Shown piece by piece: positions 1 through 9,563 of a stretch of DNA of 64,000 nucleotides (positions are counted from its first letter, which is position 1; each line of letters starts with the position of its first letter). The notes below the pieces were generated by a model, which saw only the letters and a list, made by a program, of their open reading frames with translations, had not been told where the DNA came from and made no database searches. A program made the translations under genes and the position numbers. The stretch is from Candidatus Hadarchaeota archaeon (GTDB lineage: Archaea > Hadarchaeota > Hadarchaeia > Hadarchaeales > JAGGTB01). The stretch spans positions 448,001-512,000 of the forward strand of contig CAYLJV010000001.1 of the NCBI GenBank assembly GCA_964384105.1. The letters are read 5' to 3'.

Positions 1-471
1 GAAGTAAATTACTACTTTATCTGCAAGCGAAAACTCTGGCTTTTTTCTCATAATATACAGCTTGAAAAAGAACATGAGAATGTTAAGCTGGGAAAACTCC
101 TACACGAAAAATCATTCAAGAGAGAGGAGAAGGACGTTCGTCTAGGACCTATAGCCTTTGATTTTGTCAGGAAGGAGAACAAACTTGAACTCCATGAAAC
201 TAAGAAAAGCTCTAAAATGAAGGAGGCTCACAAGTTTCAAGTTCTTTATTATCTTCACTACTTGGAAAATAAGGGTGTGGAAGCTGAGGCCGTTATACAT
301 TTTCCTAACGAGAGAAAAAAGGAAAGATTGAATCTAAACGATGAAATGAGGAAAAAAATAAGGGAAGTCCTGAGCAGGATCGAGGAGATTAAAAAGAAAG
401 AGAATATACCGGCATCTAAGAAAAGCAGATTGTGCCGAAAATGCGCTTACTATGAATTCTGTTGGGTTTGA
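1..471 (+). CDS. cas4: CRISPR-associated exonuclease Cas4 (5' end outside window)
   Basis: Frame is open from base 1 (EVNYYFICKRKLWLF...GKLLHE...FDF...HETKKS...QVLYY) and ends CRKCAYYEFC. It has the Cas4 Fe-S cysteines and RecB-like motifs and lies upstream of cas1/cas2. Confidence 0.93.
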   Translation, partial: EVNYYFICKRKLWLFSHNIQLEKEHENVKLGKLLHEKSFKREEKDVRLGPIAFDFVRKENKLELHETKKSSKMKEAHKFQVLYYLHYLENKGVEAEAVIHFPNERKKERLNLNDEMRKKIREVLSRIEEIKKKENIPASKKSRLCRKCAYYEFCWV

Positions 472-600
472 GAGGAGTTTAATCACTCTATTAAAATAGA
501 GTAGAAGGACTAAGTCAGTAGAATATAATCTAGAGAAAAGAACAAATTACCAGATTAAATTAGAGTCATTTATAAAGTTAAGGTTACATAAAAATAAAAC

Positions 601-1884
601 ATGAACGAAGATATTCTTCTTGAGTGGAACCCTTGGTGGCAGGAGGAGATAGAACTTGAATACGTTGAAAGAGACATAGGTAACACGATAGAGCGGTGGA
701 TGAGGAGACCGAATGTAATTGCTCTAACGGGAGCAAGAAGAAGTGGAAAAACTACATTGATGTATATAACCATCAGAAATCTTTTGAAGGAGGTTCCCCC
801 TGAACAGATACTATTCGTTAAATGTGATGACGAGAGGGTGGAGGAACCGATAATAGAAAGGGCGAGAGAGAAACATATTGAGTTGTTTAATCCTGAGGGG
901 AAAAAATTCCTTTTTCTTGATGAAGTTCAGAACGCAGAGAACTGGAATCAGACTGTAAAAAGAATCTATGATTTGGACGAAGATATCAAGATATTTCTTT
1001 CTGGTTCTAGGCTTCTGAAAGAAGAGATCAGTTCATCTCTAGCGGGGAGGTGTGCTTATTTTGGGGTCTATCCTTTTAGTTTTAAAGAGTTCTTGAGTGC
1101 GAAGGGTGTGAAAATCGAAGATGAACTGGATAAAATCGCTAGAAAAGGTGAGATAAAGCATCACCTACGTGAGTATTTAGAATGGGGTGGATTCCCAGAA
1201 ATAGTGCTTGAAAAAGAGGAAGATATGAAAGGTGAACTGCTGGGTTTCTATTCGGATACGATTCTATATCGAGACGTTGTGGAACGGTCCAACATTCAAA
1301 AAGTCGATAAGATAGAGAAACTAAAGGCGTTTTTGATGGCGAATACCTCGAACCCAGTGAGCTATAGTAAGATAGCAAAACGATTGGGAATCTCACTAGA
1401 CAGCGTATCGGCGTATATAAGGGAAATGGAAAATGCTTATTACTTTTTTTCGGTCCCTAGATTTTCATTCTCCGTAAAGAAACAGCAGGTAAATCCCAAA
1501 AAGATTTACTGTATTGATAATGGGTTGAGAAATCATGCTGGATTCAGATTCAGTGATGATATCGGACGGCTCTATGAAAACACAGTATTTGTTCATCTTA
1601 AAAGAGGGGAAGGGGAGATCTATTACTGGAAGGATGATAGAAACAGGGAAACAGATTTTATAGTTAAGGGTGACAGGAAGGTGGAAAAAGCTCTACAAGT
1701 ATGTTACGATGTAGAAGAAACTGGGGACAGAGAAGTCGATGGCCTGATATCAGCTCTCGATGAATTTGATTTAAAGAGGGGGGTCATCATAACCTCCGAC
1801 TATGAGGATCTGGAGAAAATCAAGGGGAGGACTGTGAAGTATATCCCTCTCTGGAAATGGCTACTTGAGCAAAATGAAGAATAA
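601..1884 (+). CDS. AAA+ ATPase of COG1373 type (AAA_14 + DUF4143)
   Basis: Walker A GARRSGKT, Walker B FLFLDEVQ, GGFPE, PKKIYCIDNG, LYEN, C-terminal ETDF...LQVC nuclease-like motif. TTTATAAA box at about 569-576. Confidence 0.88.
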   Translation: MNEDILLEWNPWWQEEIELEYVERDIGNTIERWMRRPNVIALTGARRSGKTTLMYITIRNLLKEVPPEQILFVKCDDERVEEPIIERAREKHIELFNPEGKKFLFLDEVQNAENWNQTVKRIYDLDEDIKIFLSGSRLLKEEISSSLAGRCAYFGVYPFSFKEFLSAKGVKIEDELDKIARKGEIKHHLREYLEWGGFPEIVLEKEEDMKGELLGFYSDTILYRDVVERSNIQKVDKIEKLKAFLMANTSNPVSYSKIAKRLGISLDSVSAYIREMENAYYFFSVPRFSFSVKKQQVNPKKIYCIDNGLRNHAGFRFSDDIGRLYENTVFVHLKRGEGEIYYWKDDRNRETDFIVKGDRKVEKALQVCYDVEETGDREVDGLISALDEFDLKRGVIITSDYEDLEKIKGRTVKYIPLWKWLLEQNEE

Positions 1885-2848
1885 TTACTATATAAACTCG
1901 GACGGACAGCTTAATCGTAGAGAAAACACCATATATTTTGAAAATGTCAACACTAGAAAACCTATTCCTATAGAAAAGATCTATTCACTCTACATCTTCG
2001 GTTCAGTGACAGTATCTTCACAGGCCTTAAGACTCTTCAGCAAGAAGAACACCCCAATTCACTTTTACAGTAGAAATGATTACTACTCGGGTTCGTTCTA
2101 TCCTAGGGAATCACTAGTTTCCGGTGACGTTTTGGTCAAACAAGCTGCTCACTATAATGATAATAAAAAACGTATTGAGCTTGCGAAAAAATTCGTCGAA
2201 GGGGCTTGTAAGAATATCTGTAGAAATCTATCGAGATATGAGAGAGAAAAAGAGAAGAAGAGGATAGAAAACACCTTGCAAGGTTTGGACGGGGTGAAAC
2301 GGATTACAGAGTTAATGAACATAGAGGGTCGTTGCAGAAAAATCTACTACCGCGCCTTTGATGAGATACTTCCAAAAAAATTCAATTTCACCGTAAGAAA
2401 AAAGATGCCCCCGAATAATATGGCTAATGCGTTGATAAGTTTCGGAAATTCTTTGATGTACGGTTCAGCGCTTACTGAGATATACAAAACTCAACTAAAT
2501 CCCACAATTTCCTACCTTCACGAGCCATCGGAGAGGCGTTACTCTCTGTCATTGGACTTAGCCGATATATTCAAGCCAGTTATCGTGGATAGAACAATAT
2601 TTTACCTGACCAACAAAGGGAAGCTCACGGAGGATGATTTTAGGAAGGACCTTAACAGGTGTTTACTGAACGACAAGGGGAGGAAAAAGTTTCTAGAGAG
2701 ATATGATAGTACGATGAAAAGAACAATTAAACATAGAAATCTTGGGAGAAAAGTATCCTACAGGAGGTTAGTTAGACTGGAGTGTTACAAGCTTGTAAAA
2801 CATATTATTGGTGAGAAGGATTACAAACCTTTCGTGATATGGTGGTAG
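1865..2848 (+). CDS. cas1: CRISPR-associated endonuclease Cas1, type I-B-like (likely start ATG 1874)
   Basis: EGR, NALISFGN, SYLHEP, LSLDLADIFKP and the C-terminal YKPFVIWW typical of I-B Cas1. Confidence 0.96.
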   Translation: MSKMKNNYYINSDGQLNRRENTIYFENVNTRKPIPIEKIYSLYIFGSVTVSSQALRLFSKKNTPIHFYSRNDYYSGSFYPRESLVSGDVLVKQAAHYNDNKKRIELAKKFVEGACKNICRNLSRYEREKEKKRIENTLQGLDGVKRITELMNIEGRCRKIYYRAFDEILPKKFNFTVRKKMPPNNMANALISFGNSLMYGSALTEIYKTQLNPTISYLHEPSERRYSLSLDLADIFKPVIVDRTIFYLTNKGKLTEDDFRKDLNRCLLNDKGRKKFLERYDSTMKRTIKHRNLGRKVSYRRLVRLECYKLVKHIIGEKDYKPFVIWW

Positions 2849-2849
2849 A

Positions 2850-3113
2850 ATGTACTACGTAGCTGTCTATGACGTGAGTGTAGATCGGGTTAACAAGGTA
2901 AAGAAGGTTTTCCGCGAATACATGGACTGGATTCAAAACTCGGTATTCGAAGGCCAGCTTACTAAAAGCGAAAAAGAAGAACTTGAGACTAGAATCAGGG
3001 AGATCATAGAGGAGAACGAAGATATGATAGTTTTCTACTCTACTAGGAGTAAGAAGTATCTGGAGAAGGAAATCATTGGAGTAGAGAAAACTCCAACGGG
3101 GACGGTTATTTGA
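2850..3113 (+). CDS. cas2: CRISPR-associated endoribonuclease Cas2
   Basis: VYDV and WIQNSVFEG motifs, 87 aa, directly after cas1. Confidence 0.96.
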   Translation: MYYVAVYDVSVDRVNKVKKVFREYMDWIQNSVFEGQLTKSEKEELETRIREIIEENEDMIVFYSTRSKKYLEKEIIGVEKTPTGTVI

Positions 3114-3229
3114 TTGGCATCATCTGTGTATCTTTATAAATAGAGGACGGGATTGTGGGTGCGAGATAAACATTTACAAATGAGGGAATATACATTCTTT
3201 ATCGGCAAAAACAAGCAAAAAACCGCCGG
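3114..3229 (+). promoter_or_regulatory. CRISPR leader
   Basis: Non-coding AT-rich segment between cas2 and the first repeat, with a TTTATAAA element. The degenerate repeat lies at the opposite end of the array. Confidence 0.8.
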
Positions 3230-6200
3230 CTTAGAATCAGACTACTGTAGGATTGAAATTACATGGTAAAATCAAATGTCACGATCGACAGAGCTTCTTA
3301 GAATCAGACTACTGTAGGATTGAAATACAATAATTAAAAATATTGGTTCAGTTCAGGAAGAATACTTAGAATCAGACTACTGTAGGATTGAAATCTTTCT
3401 CAGGCATGGCAGTTAAAGCAACAGCTGATTTTGCTTAGAATCAGACTACTGTAGGATTGAAATATGCAGTCGCAGATGTTTTTCGGTGGTTGGTGGACAT
3501 CTTAGAATCAGACTACTGTAGGATTGAAATGTTGATATCTCCGACGATGTTTCGTTTGTTTCGATGACTTAGAATCAGACTACTGTAGGATTGAAATAGA
3601 TTTTCTTTTACTTCTTTCCCCCATTGATATAATACTTAGAATCAGACTACTGTAGGATTGAAATTTTGCATTAGTATTAATAGCTCTACTAGCATAATCA
3701 TAACTTAGAATCAGACTACTGTAGGATTGAAATTCTATTGAAAAAGACTGTATAAGTGGAGAATGACAATTACTTAGAATCAGACTACTGTAGGATTGAA
3801 ATAGATTTTCTTTTACTTCTTTCCCCCATTGATATAATACTTAGAATCAGACTACTGTAGGATTGAAATTTTGCATTAGTATTAATAGCTCTACTAGCAT
3901 AATCATAACTTAGAATCAGACTACTGTAGGATTGAAATTCTATTGAAAAAGACTGTATAAGTGGAGAATGACAATTACTTAGAATCAGACTACTGTAGGA
4001 TTGAAATCTCAGTTCCTAAGCTAATTGCAGTACCACCAGTTATCCTTAGAATCAGACTACTGTAGGATTGAAATAAAGAGATAAATCCACGAACAGAATT
4101 ACCAGACGAATGCTTAGAATCAGACTACTGTAGGATTGAAATGATAACAAGTAAATCAGTAGGTCCTGGAGATATTCCTCCTTAGAATCAGACTACTGTA
4201 GGATTGAAATGCTAGTTATGTTGTCTGGAAAGATTCGGGAGGAACGACTTAGAATCAGACTACTGTAGGATTGAAATCTAATAATGTGGACGATGGTGAC
4301 GATACCTATGCGATCTTAGAATCAGACTACTGTAGGATTGAAATTGATAACTAGTGGAATAGGTGTATTAGCGGGCGTAACTTAGAATCAGACTACTGTA
4401 GGATTGAAATGTTAAAGAATCGGATCACGCGATGGACGCCATGCGATACTTAGAATCAGACTACTGTAGGATTGAAATATATACCCGAAAAAAGATTCGG
4501 GATAGATACACATAAACTTAGAATCAGACTACTGTAGGATTGAAATCCTTTCGGAGGGGATTTTAATTAAAACCAGAAAAAACTTAGAATCAGACTACTG
4601 TAGGATTGAAATAGCTTTGAGGTCACAGAAACATACTCCCCGTCGGCCTCCTTAGAATCAGACTACTGTAGGATTGAAATATATACCCGAAAAAAGATTC
4701 GGGATAGATACACATAAACTTAGAATCAGACTACTGTAGGATTGAAATCCTTTCGGAGGGGATTTTAATTAAAACCAGAAAAAACTTAGAATCAGACTAC
4801 TGTAGGATTGAAATAGCTTTGAGGTCACAGAAACATACTCCCCGTCGGCCTCCTTAGAATCAGACTACTGTAGGATTGAAATTTGAATCCGCATCAATGA
4901 GAATATACAGCCGGCGTAGCTTAGAATCAGACTACTGTAGGATTGAAATTTAGGCTAGAAAACAAAGAAGAAGGTAGGATATAATGACTTAGAATCAGAC
5001 TACTGTAGGATTGAAATTACAGAGTTTATTCCAGTAATTTTGGTGTGAGCAAGCTTAGAATCAGACTACTGTAGGATTGAAATGATGGTACTGATGAAGA
5101 ATTGATTAGTGTTACTGGGGAACTTAGAATCAGACTACTGTAGGATTGAAATTTAATAATGGTTTGAAGGACAGGCTTTGTAATATCGACTTAGAATCAG
5201 ACTACTGTAGGATTGAAATTCCTCGAACACTCTTGGTAGTGCATTCATTGATTCGGGACTTAGAATCAGACTACTGTAGGATTGAAATCCTATTAATCTT
5301 ATTGAAAACTGCTTACGAGCCATCCTTCTTAGAATCAGACTACTGTAGGATTGAAATTTTTCTTCTGGTTATGCTTTTGGATCACAGGGGGGATACTTAG
5401 AATCAGACTACTGTAGGATTGAAATGAATCATCAATATTCGTAGAATTTTCTAATATATGACTTAGAATCAGACTACTGTAGGATTGAAATATACTCGTT
5501 ACTACAAGTATTGTTGATAAGAGGGCCTCACCTTAGAATCAGACTACTGTAGGATTGAAATGTAACCTCCTCATCGAACCAGTCCGCCCGACTATCAGGC
5601 TTAGAATCAGACTACTGTAGGATTGAAATACAAATAGGATCAGGTACTACTACTTTTCTTGATGTCTTAGAATCAGACTACTGTAGGATTGAAATGTTCG
5701 AGAGATAACTGGTGGTGGTACTGCAGTTAGCTTACTTAGAATCAGACTACTGTAGGATTGAAATTATTTCGATTAAAACGCTTGGTTATGATGGTACTGC
5801 CTTAGAATCAGACTACTGTAGGATTGAAATACAAATAGGATCAGGTACTACTACTTTTCTTGATGTCTTAGAATCAGACTACTGTAGGATTGAAATGTTC
5901 GAGAGATAACTGGTGGTGGTACTGCAGTTAGCTTACTTAGAATCAGACTACTGTAGGATTGAAATTATTTCGATTAAAACGCTTGGTTATGATGGTACTG
6001 CCTTAGAATCAGACTACTGTAGGATTGAAATTTTCTTTTCGACCTTCGAGGTTGTAAGATAACATGTGCTTAGAATCAGACTACTGTAGGATTGAAATAT
6101 ATGCGGTAAAAGGATTGAGGCAATGAACAGGAAGCACTTAGAATCAGACTACTGTAGGATTGAAATTTTCTCAGAGACCTCCCTAATCTGACCTAGTATC

Positions 6201-6438
6201 GAATCTTAGAATCAGACTACTGTAGGATTGAAATATATGCGGTAAAAGGATTGAGGCAATGAACAGGAAGCACTTAGAATCAGACTACTGTAGGATTGAA
6301 ATCATATCAATATAATCGTCTGTTAATAAATCAGTGACAACTTAGAATCAGACTACTGTAGGATTGAAATGATAAGGAATTATTCGATGACTTACACAAG
6401 TTCAGTAACTTAGAGCCAGACTACTGTAGGATTGAAAG
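3230..6438 (+). CRISPR. CRISPR array with 48 repeats (CTTAGAATCAGACTACTGTAGGATTGAAAT, 30 bp) and 47 spacers of 36-40 bp, 37 unique by manual count
   Basis: Exact repeats from 3230 to 6370, plus a degenerate terminal repeat CTTAGAGCCAGACTACTGTAGGATTGAAAG at 6409-6438. The ATTGAAA(N) 3' end is typical of type I-B/III repeats. Confidence 0.99.
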
Positions 6439-7071
6439 TAGCTTGGGAAGATAATTGAATGCGAAGTAGCCTCCGAAAATTAGAAGAGTCAGACTACAGG
6501 CTATTAGTAAACCTCGGTAGAACTTACTTCCTATTATCCTCTTTCCTTTGTGTATGGAATATGACATGGAGGAGAACCATCCTATATCCGCAGAGAAGTG
6601 CCCCGCTAACCAGAATCCACCACCAATCACTCCTGTTTCCCTGATCGCACTTGTTAATGTTGCGAGCCCTACCGTCATCCACCAAAGTGCTACACTAGGA
6701 TTAAAAATAGTACTGAAGAGAATACCGCCGGTTATGGGATGGTGTTTGCCCCCTGCTATTTCTTTGGTACCCTTTTCAGGTTCCCTGATTCTTCTGAGGA
6801 TTGACAAACCGAGTCCTAGTAGTAATATCCCTCCTACAGTTCCAATAGAGAGGGTGAAAATCTGGCTTTTTAAAAAGGTCCCAAGTCCAAAGGCTATAAG
6901 GGAAACTATTCCGATCTCTACGATAATATGTCCGATAGCAGCTAGTGAACCTGATTTTGGGCCAGAGTTTAGCGTTTTCATGGTTATGAATGCCAATAAA
7001 GGCCCAGGTATTAGAGCTCCTGATAGTGCAATCGTAAATCCAATACTGAACTGAAGTAAAAGATCGAACAT
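6421..7071 (-). CDS. LysE/RhtB-family translocator
   Basis: GFTIALSGALIPGPL, GHIIVE, NPSVALWW, GHFSADIGW motifs and about six hydrophobic helices. Confidence 0.88.
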   Translation of the reverse strand: MFDLLLQFSIGFTIALSGALIPGPLLAFITMKTLNSGPKSGSLAAIGHIIVEIGIVSLIAFGLGTFLKSQIFTLSIGTVGGILLLGLGLSILRRIREPEKGTKEIAGGKHHPITGGILFSTIFNPSVALWWMTVGLATLTSAIRETGVIGGGFWLAGHFSADIGWFSSMSYSIHKGKRIIGSKFYRGLLIACSLTLLIFGGYFAFNYLPKLLSILQ

Positions 7072-7087
7072 TTTAACCTACTGGCAT

Positions 7088-7223
7088 TTATTTACCTTTG
7101 TTTTGATTGTTCATTTGCTGTTCTCTTCTCTAATAGCTAGTAGTTCCTGATTCATTTCTTCTAAGACCATTGGGGTTTCTTTTTCGGAACGGAATGAGTT
7201 CACGTGATTTCTAATAGTATTCC
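7088..7223 (-). pseudogene. Degraded copy of the 3' half of tusA
   Basis: Colinear nucleotide similarity to 9270-9407. Translates EIT*THS/SEKETPMVLEEMNQELLAIREENSK*TIKTKV versus intact EITGTHSASEKEIPMAVKEMDHELLDIREENSKWIIKIKVK, with two stops and a 1-bp deletion. Confidence 0.85.
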
Positions 7224-7299
7224 TCTTCTGATAACTTAATGTACACTTTCGTACTCCAAAGCCTTAAATATACCTATAAGTATTGATTATGGGATAAAT

Positions 7300-8667
7300 A
7301 TGGAAACTACTAAATTCATACTTGACGATGATCAGATTCCAAAGAAATGGTATAATATCCAGGCAGATATGCCGGAGTTGCCGGATCCGCCGATAAATCC
7401 CGAGACAAAGGAGCCTGTTGGCCCCGAAGATCTTGCCCCTATTTTCCCAAATGCTGTGATTGAACAGGAGATGTCCCAGGATAGATGGATAAAAATACCT
7501 GATGAGGTCAGGGAAATTTACAGTATATGGAGACCTACTCCGATGTATCGGGCTAGAAGACTGGAGAAGGCTCTTGGTACTCCTGCCAAGATTTACTATA
7601 AGTGGGAGGGTGTGAGTCCGCCAGGAAGCCACAAACCGAATACCGCGATTGCTCAAGCTTATTATAATTCTAAAGAAGGTACTGAGAGGTTATCTACCGA
7701 GACCGGTGCAGGTCAGTGGGGTAGTGCATTAGCCTTTGGTACTTCTTTCTTCGATATAGAAACGAGGGTTTACATGGTTAGGGTCAGTTACGACCAGAAG
7801 CCGTATCGTAGAGTCCTCATGAACACCTGGGGTGCGGAATGTGTGGCCTCTCCAAGCGAGTACACAGAGTATGGTAAGAAGATGCTCAAAGAGGATCCAG
7901 ATACGACCGGCAGTTTAGGTATGGCGATAGGTGAGGCGATTGAGGATGCGGCTAGTAATGAGAACACAAAATATTCTATTGGTAGCGTTTTGAATCATGT
8001 TGTTTTGCATCAGACGGTTATTGGTTTGGAGGCGAAGAAGCAGTTTGAAATGGCAGACGACTATCCTGACGTAGTGGTTGGTTGTGTTGGTGGAGGAAGT
8101 AATTTCGCGGGTGCTGCTTTCCCCTTCTTGAAAGATAAGTTGGATGGGGACCATCCTGATTTGAAGGTTCTTGCTTGTGAACCGGAAGCTTGTCCAACCT
8201 TGAGCCGTGCACCTTATGCTTACGATTTCGGCGATTCCGCGGGTCTTACACCACTCCTGAAGATGTATACACTTGGTCATACTTTTGTTCCGCCTCCCGT
8301 TCATGCAGGGGGACTTCGATATCATGGCGACTCGCCACTGGTATGCAAGTTAGTTAAAGATGGGTATATCGAACCATCTGCTCACTACCAGGAAGAGACC
8401 TTTGAAGCAGCCATTCAGTTTGCGAGAACTGAAGGATTTGTCATTGCTCCTGAAGCCGCCCATGCTGCTAGAGGTGTTATAGACGAAGCACTAGAATGCA
8501 AGAAAACCGGCGAGGAGAAGACAATACTCTTCGCTAACAGTGGCCATGGACACTTTGATCTTTCTTCCTACAAAGATTACCTTGCTGGGAAGCTGGAAGA
8601 CTATGAATATCCAGCTGAGCTGGCGAAGAAGGCGCTCGAAAAGGTTCCTGATGTTCCCGACTTTTGA
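7300..8667 (+). CDS. trpB: Tryptophan synthase beta chain, type 2 (stand-alone TrpB2)
   Basis: GSHKPN PLP lysine, [33 protein letters not shown]. Confidence 0.95.
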   Translation: METTKFILDDDQIPKKWYNIQADMPELPDPPINPETKEPVGPEDLAPIFPNAVIEQEMSQDRWIKIPDEVREIYSIWRPTPMYRARRLEKALGTPAKIYYKWEGVSPPGSHKPNTAIAQAYYNSKEGTERLSTETGAGQWGSALAFGTSFFDIETRVYMVRVSYDQKPYRRVLMNTWGAECVASPSEYTEYGKKMLKEDPDTTGSLGMAIGEAIEDAASNENTKYSIGSVLNHVVLHQTVIGLEAKKQFEMADDYPDVVVGCVGGGSNFAGAAFPFLKDKLDGDHPDLKVLACEPEACPTLSRAPYAYDFGDSAGLTPLLKMYTLGHTFVPPPVHAGGLRYHGDSPLVCKLVKDGYIEPSAHYQEETFEAAIQFARTEGFVIAPEAAHAARGVIDEALECKKTGEEKTILFANSGHGHFDLSSYKDYLAGKLEDYEYPAELAKKALEKVPDVPDF

Positions 8668-8705
8668 GAAATAATTTCTTTTTTAGTGGGTAAGTCAAAG
8701 ATTTA

Positions 8706-8774
8706 GGCACGTCAGACCGCCCATCATTCTATTCATCGCATTAGCTCAGAAGATGTCGTGACATCATCCGTGCC
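8706..8774 (-). ncRNA. Box C/D guide sRNA, predicted target 16S rRNA C1402 (E. coli numbering)
   Basis: Minus strand reads GGCACG-G-ATGATGT(C)-CACGACATCTT-CTGA(D')-GCTAAT-GCGATGA(C')-ATAGAATGATGGGCGGT-CTGA(D)-CGTGCC. It has a 6-bp terminal stem, and the D guide pairs with ACCGCCCGUCA. Confidence 0.85.
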
Positions 8775-8830
8775 AAGAATTACTTTTGTTGGAGGTAGTT
8801 AAAAAAGCCCGATTCAACTCGGCTTTCTGT

Positions 8831-9250
8831 TTATATGAATAGTGTGATTTGTGATTCTTTTGCTTCTTTGAGGTAGGTTCCGACTGCGCAGTAGTCGGTT
8901 ATGACTTCGTCGCGTAAGTCTTGTTTGCTTATCCCCATGATTTCCATGGTCATGTCGCAGGCGAGGATTTTTCCTCCGAGTTCGACGTAGTCTTGGAGCA
9001 TGTCTTCTAGTGATCTGACGTTGGCTTCCTTCATCTTCTTATTGATCATCCACTTTCCTAAACCCATCATGTTCTTCCTCGAGAGTGAACCTTCCTCCAG
9101 TTCACCCTTCTTCAAGCGTTCCAAACCCCAGAAGGTGAAGAACATTGAAACATCCATGTCCATGGACAACGCTCCATTACCAATAATGAAAGCACTGTAA
9201 ACCTTATCCATATCTCCACTATGCACAATCAAAGTCACTTTTTCAGACAA
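8831..9250 (-). CDS. DsrE/DsrF/DrsH-like (DsrE2-type) sulfur relay protein
   Basis: MFFTFWGL, ACDMTMEIMG, C-terminal ITLFI; downstream of tusA. Confidence 0.9.
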   Translation of the reverse strand: MSEKVTLIVHSGDMDKVYSAFIIGNGALSMDMDVSMFFTFWGLERLKKGELEEGSLSRKNMMGLGKWMINKKMKEANVRSLEDMLQDYVELGGKILACDMTMEIMGISKQDLRDEVITDYCAVGTYLKEAKESQITLFI

Positions 9251-9269
9251 ATTTAGACCTCCTTATATT

Positions 9270-9494
9270 CTATTTCACTTTTATTTTGATTATCCATTTA
9301 CTATTCTCCTCTCTAATATCCAGTAGTTCGTGATCCATCTCTTTTACGGCCATTGGGATTTCTTTTTCCGAAGCGGAATGAGTTCCTGTGATTTCTATAA
9401 TGTCTCCTTGGGAAGCGGCAATAATTGCTTTTCGAGTTTCCACTAGGGGGACTGGGCAGGTTTCCCCCACGACGTCTATTTTCTTTACAGTCAA
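9270..9494 (-). CDS. tusA: TusA/SirA-family sulfur carrier
   Basis: IDVVGETCPVPL (CPxP motif), 74 aa. Confidence 0.9.
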   Translation of the reverse strand: MTVKKIDVVGETCPVPLVETRKAIIAASQGDIIEITGTHSASEKEIPMAVKEMDHELLDIREENSKWIIKIKVK

Positions 9495-9545
9495 CTTTTA
9501 TTTCACCATTTTACTATTATCTCAAAACTTTTATAAACTTTACTC

Positions 9546-9562
9546 ACAATATAGTGATTATA
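9546..9562 (+). promoter_or_regulatory. Candidate operator ACAATATAGTGATTATA downstream of the TATA box of the hemerythrin operon
   Basis: 15/17 identical to the motif at 14161-14177 in the cooS promoter, in the same orientation relative to transcription. Confidence 0.5.
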
Positions 9563-9563
9563 G

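Noticed and set aside
3464-3500. Spacer 4 translating AVADVFRWLVD, reminiscent of a Cas1/casposase motif
   Set aside because: Too short and an imperfect match; cannot be supported without a search.
5146-5909. ORFs 5146-5400 and 5712-5909 with repeated LESDYCRIE
   Set aside because: They are translations of CRISPR repeats and spacers, not genes.
3230-6438. Self-targeting spacers
   Set aside because: No match to this window was noticed by eye; the check was not exhaustive and needs BLASTn against the genome.
6482-6500. Repeat-like AGAGTCAGACTAC inside lysE about one unit beyond the last repeat
   Set aside because: Under half of the repeat matches, the spacing (73 bp) is off-period, and it encodes an ordinary LysE terminal helix; probably chance.
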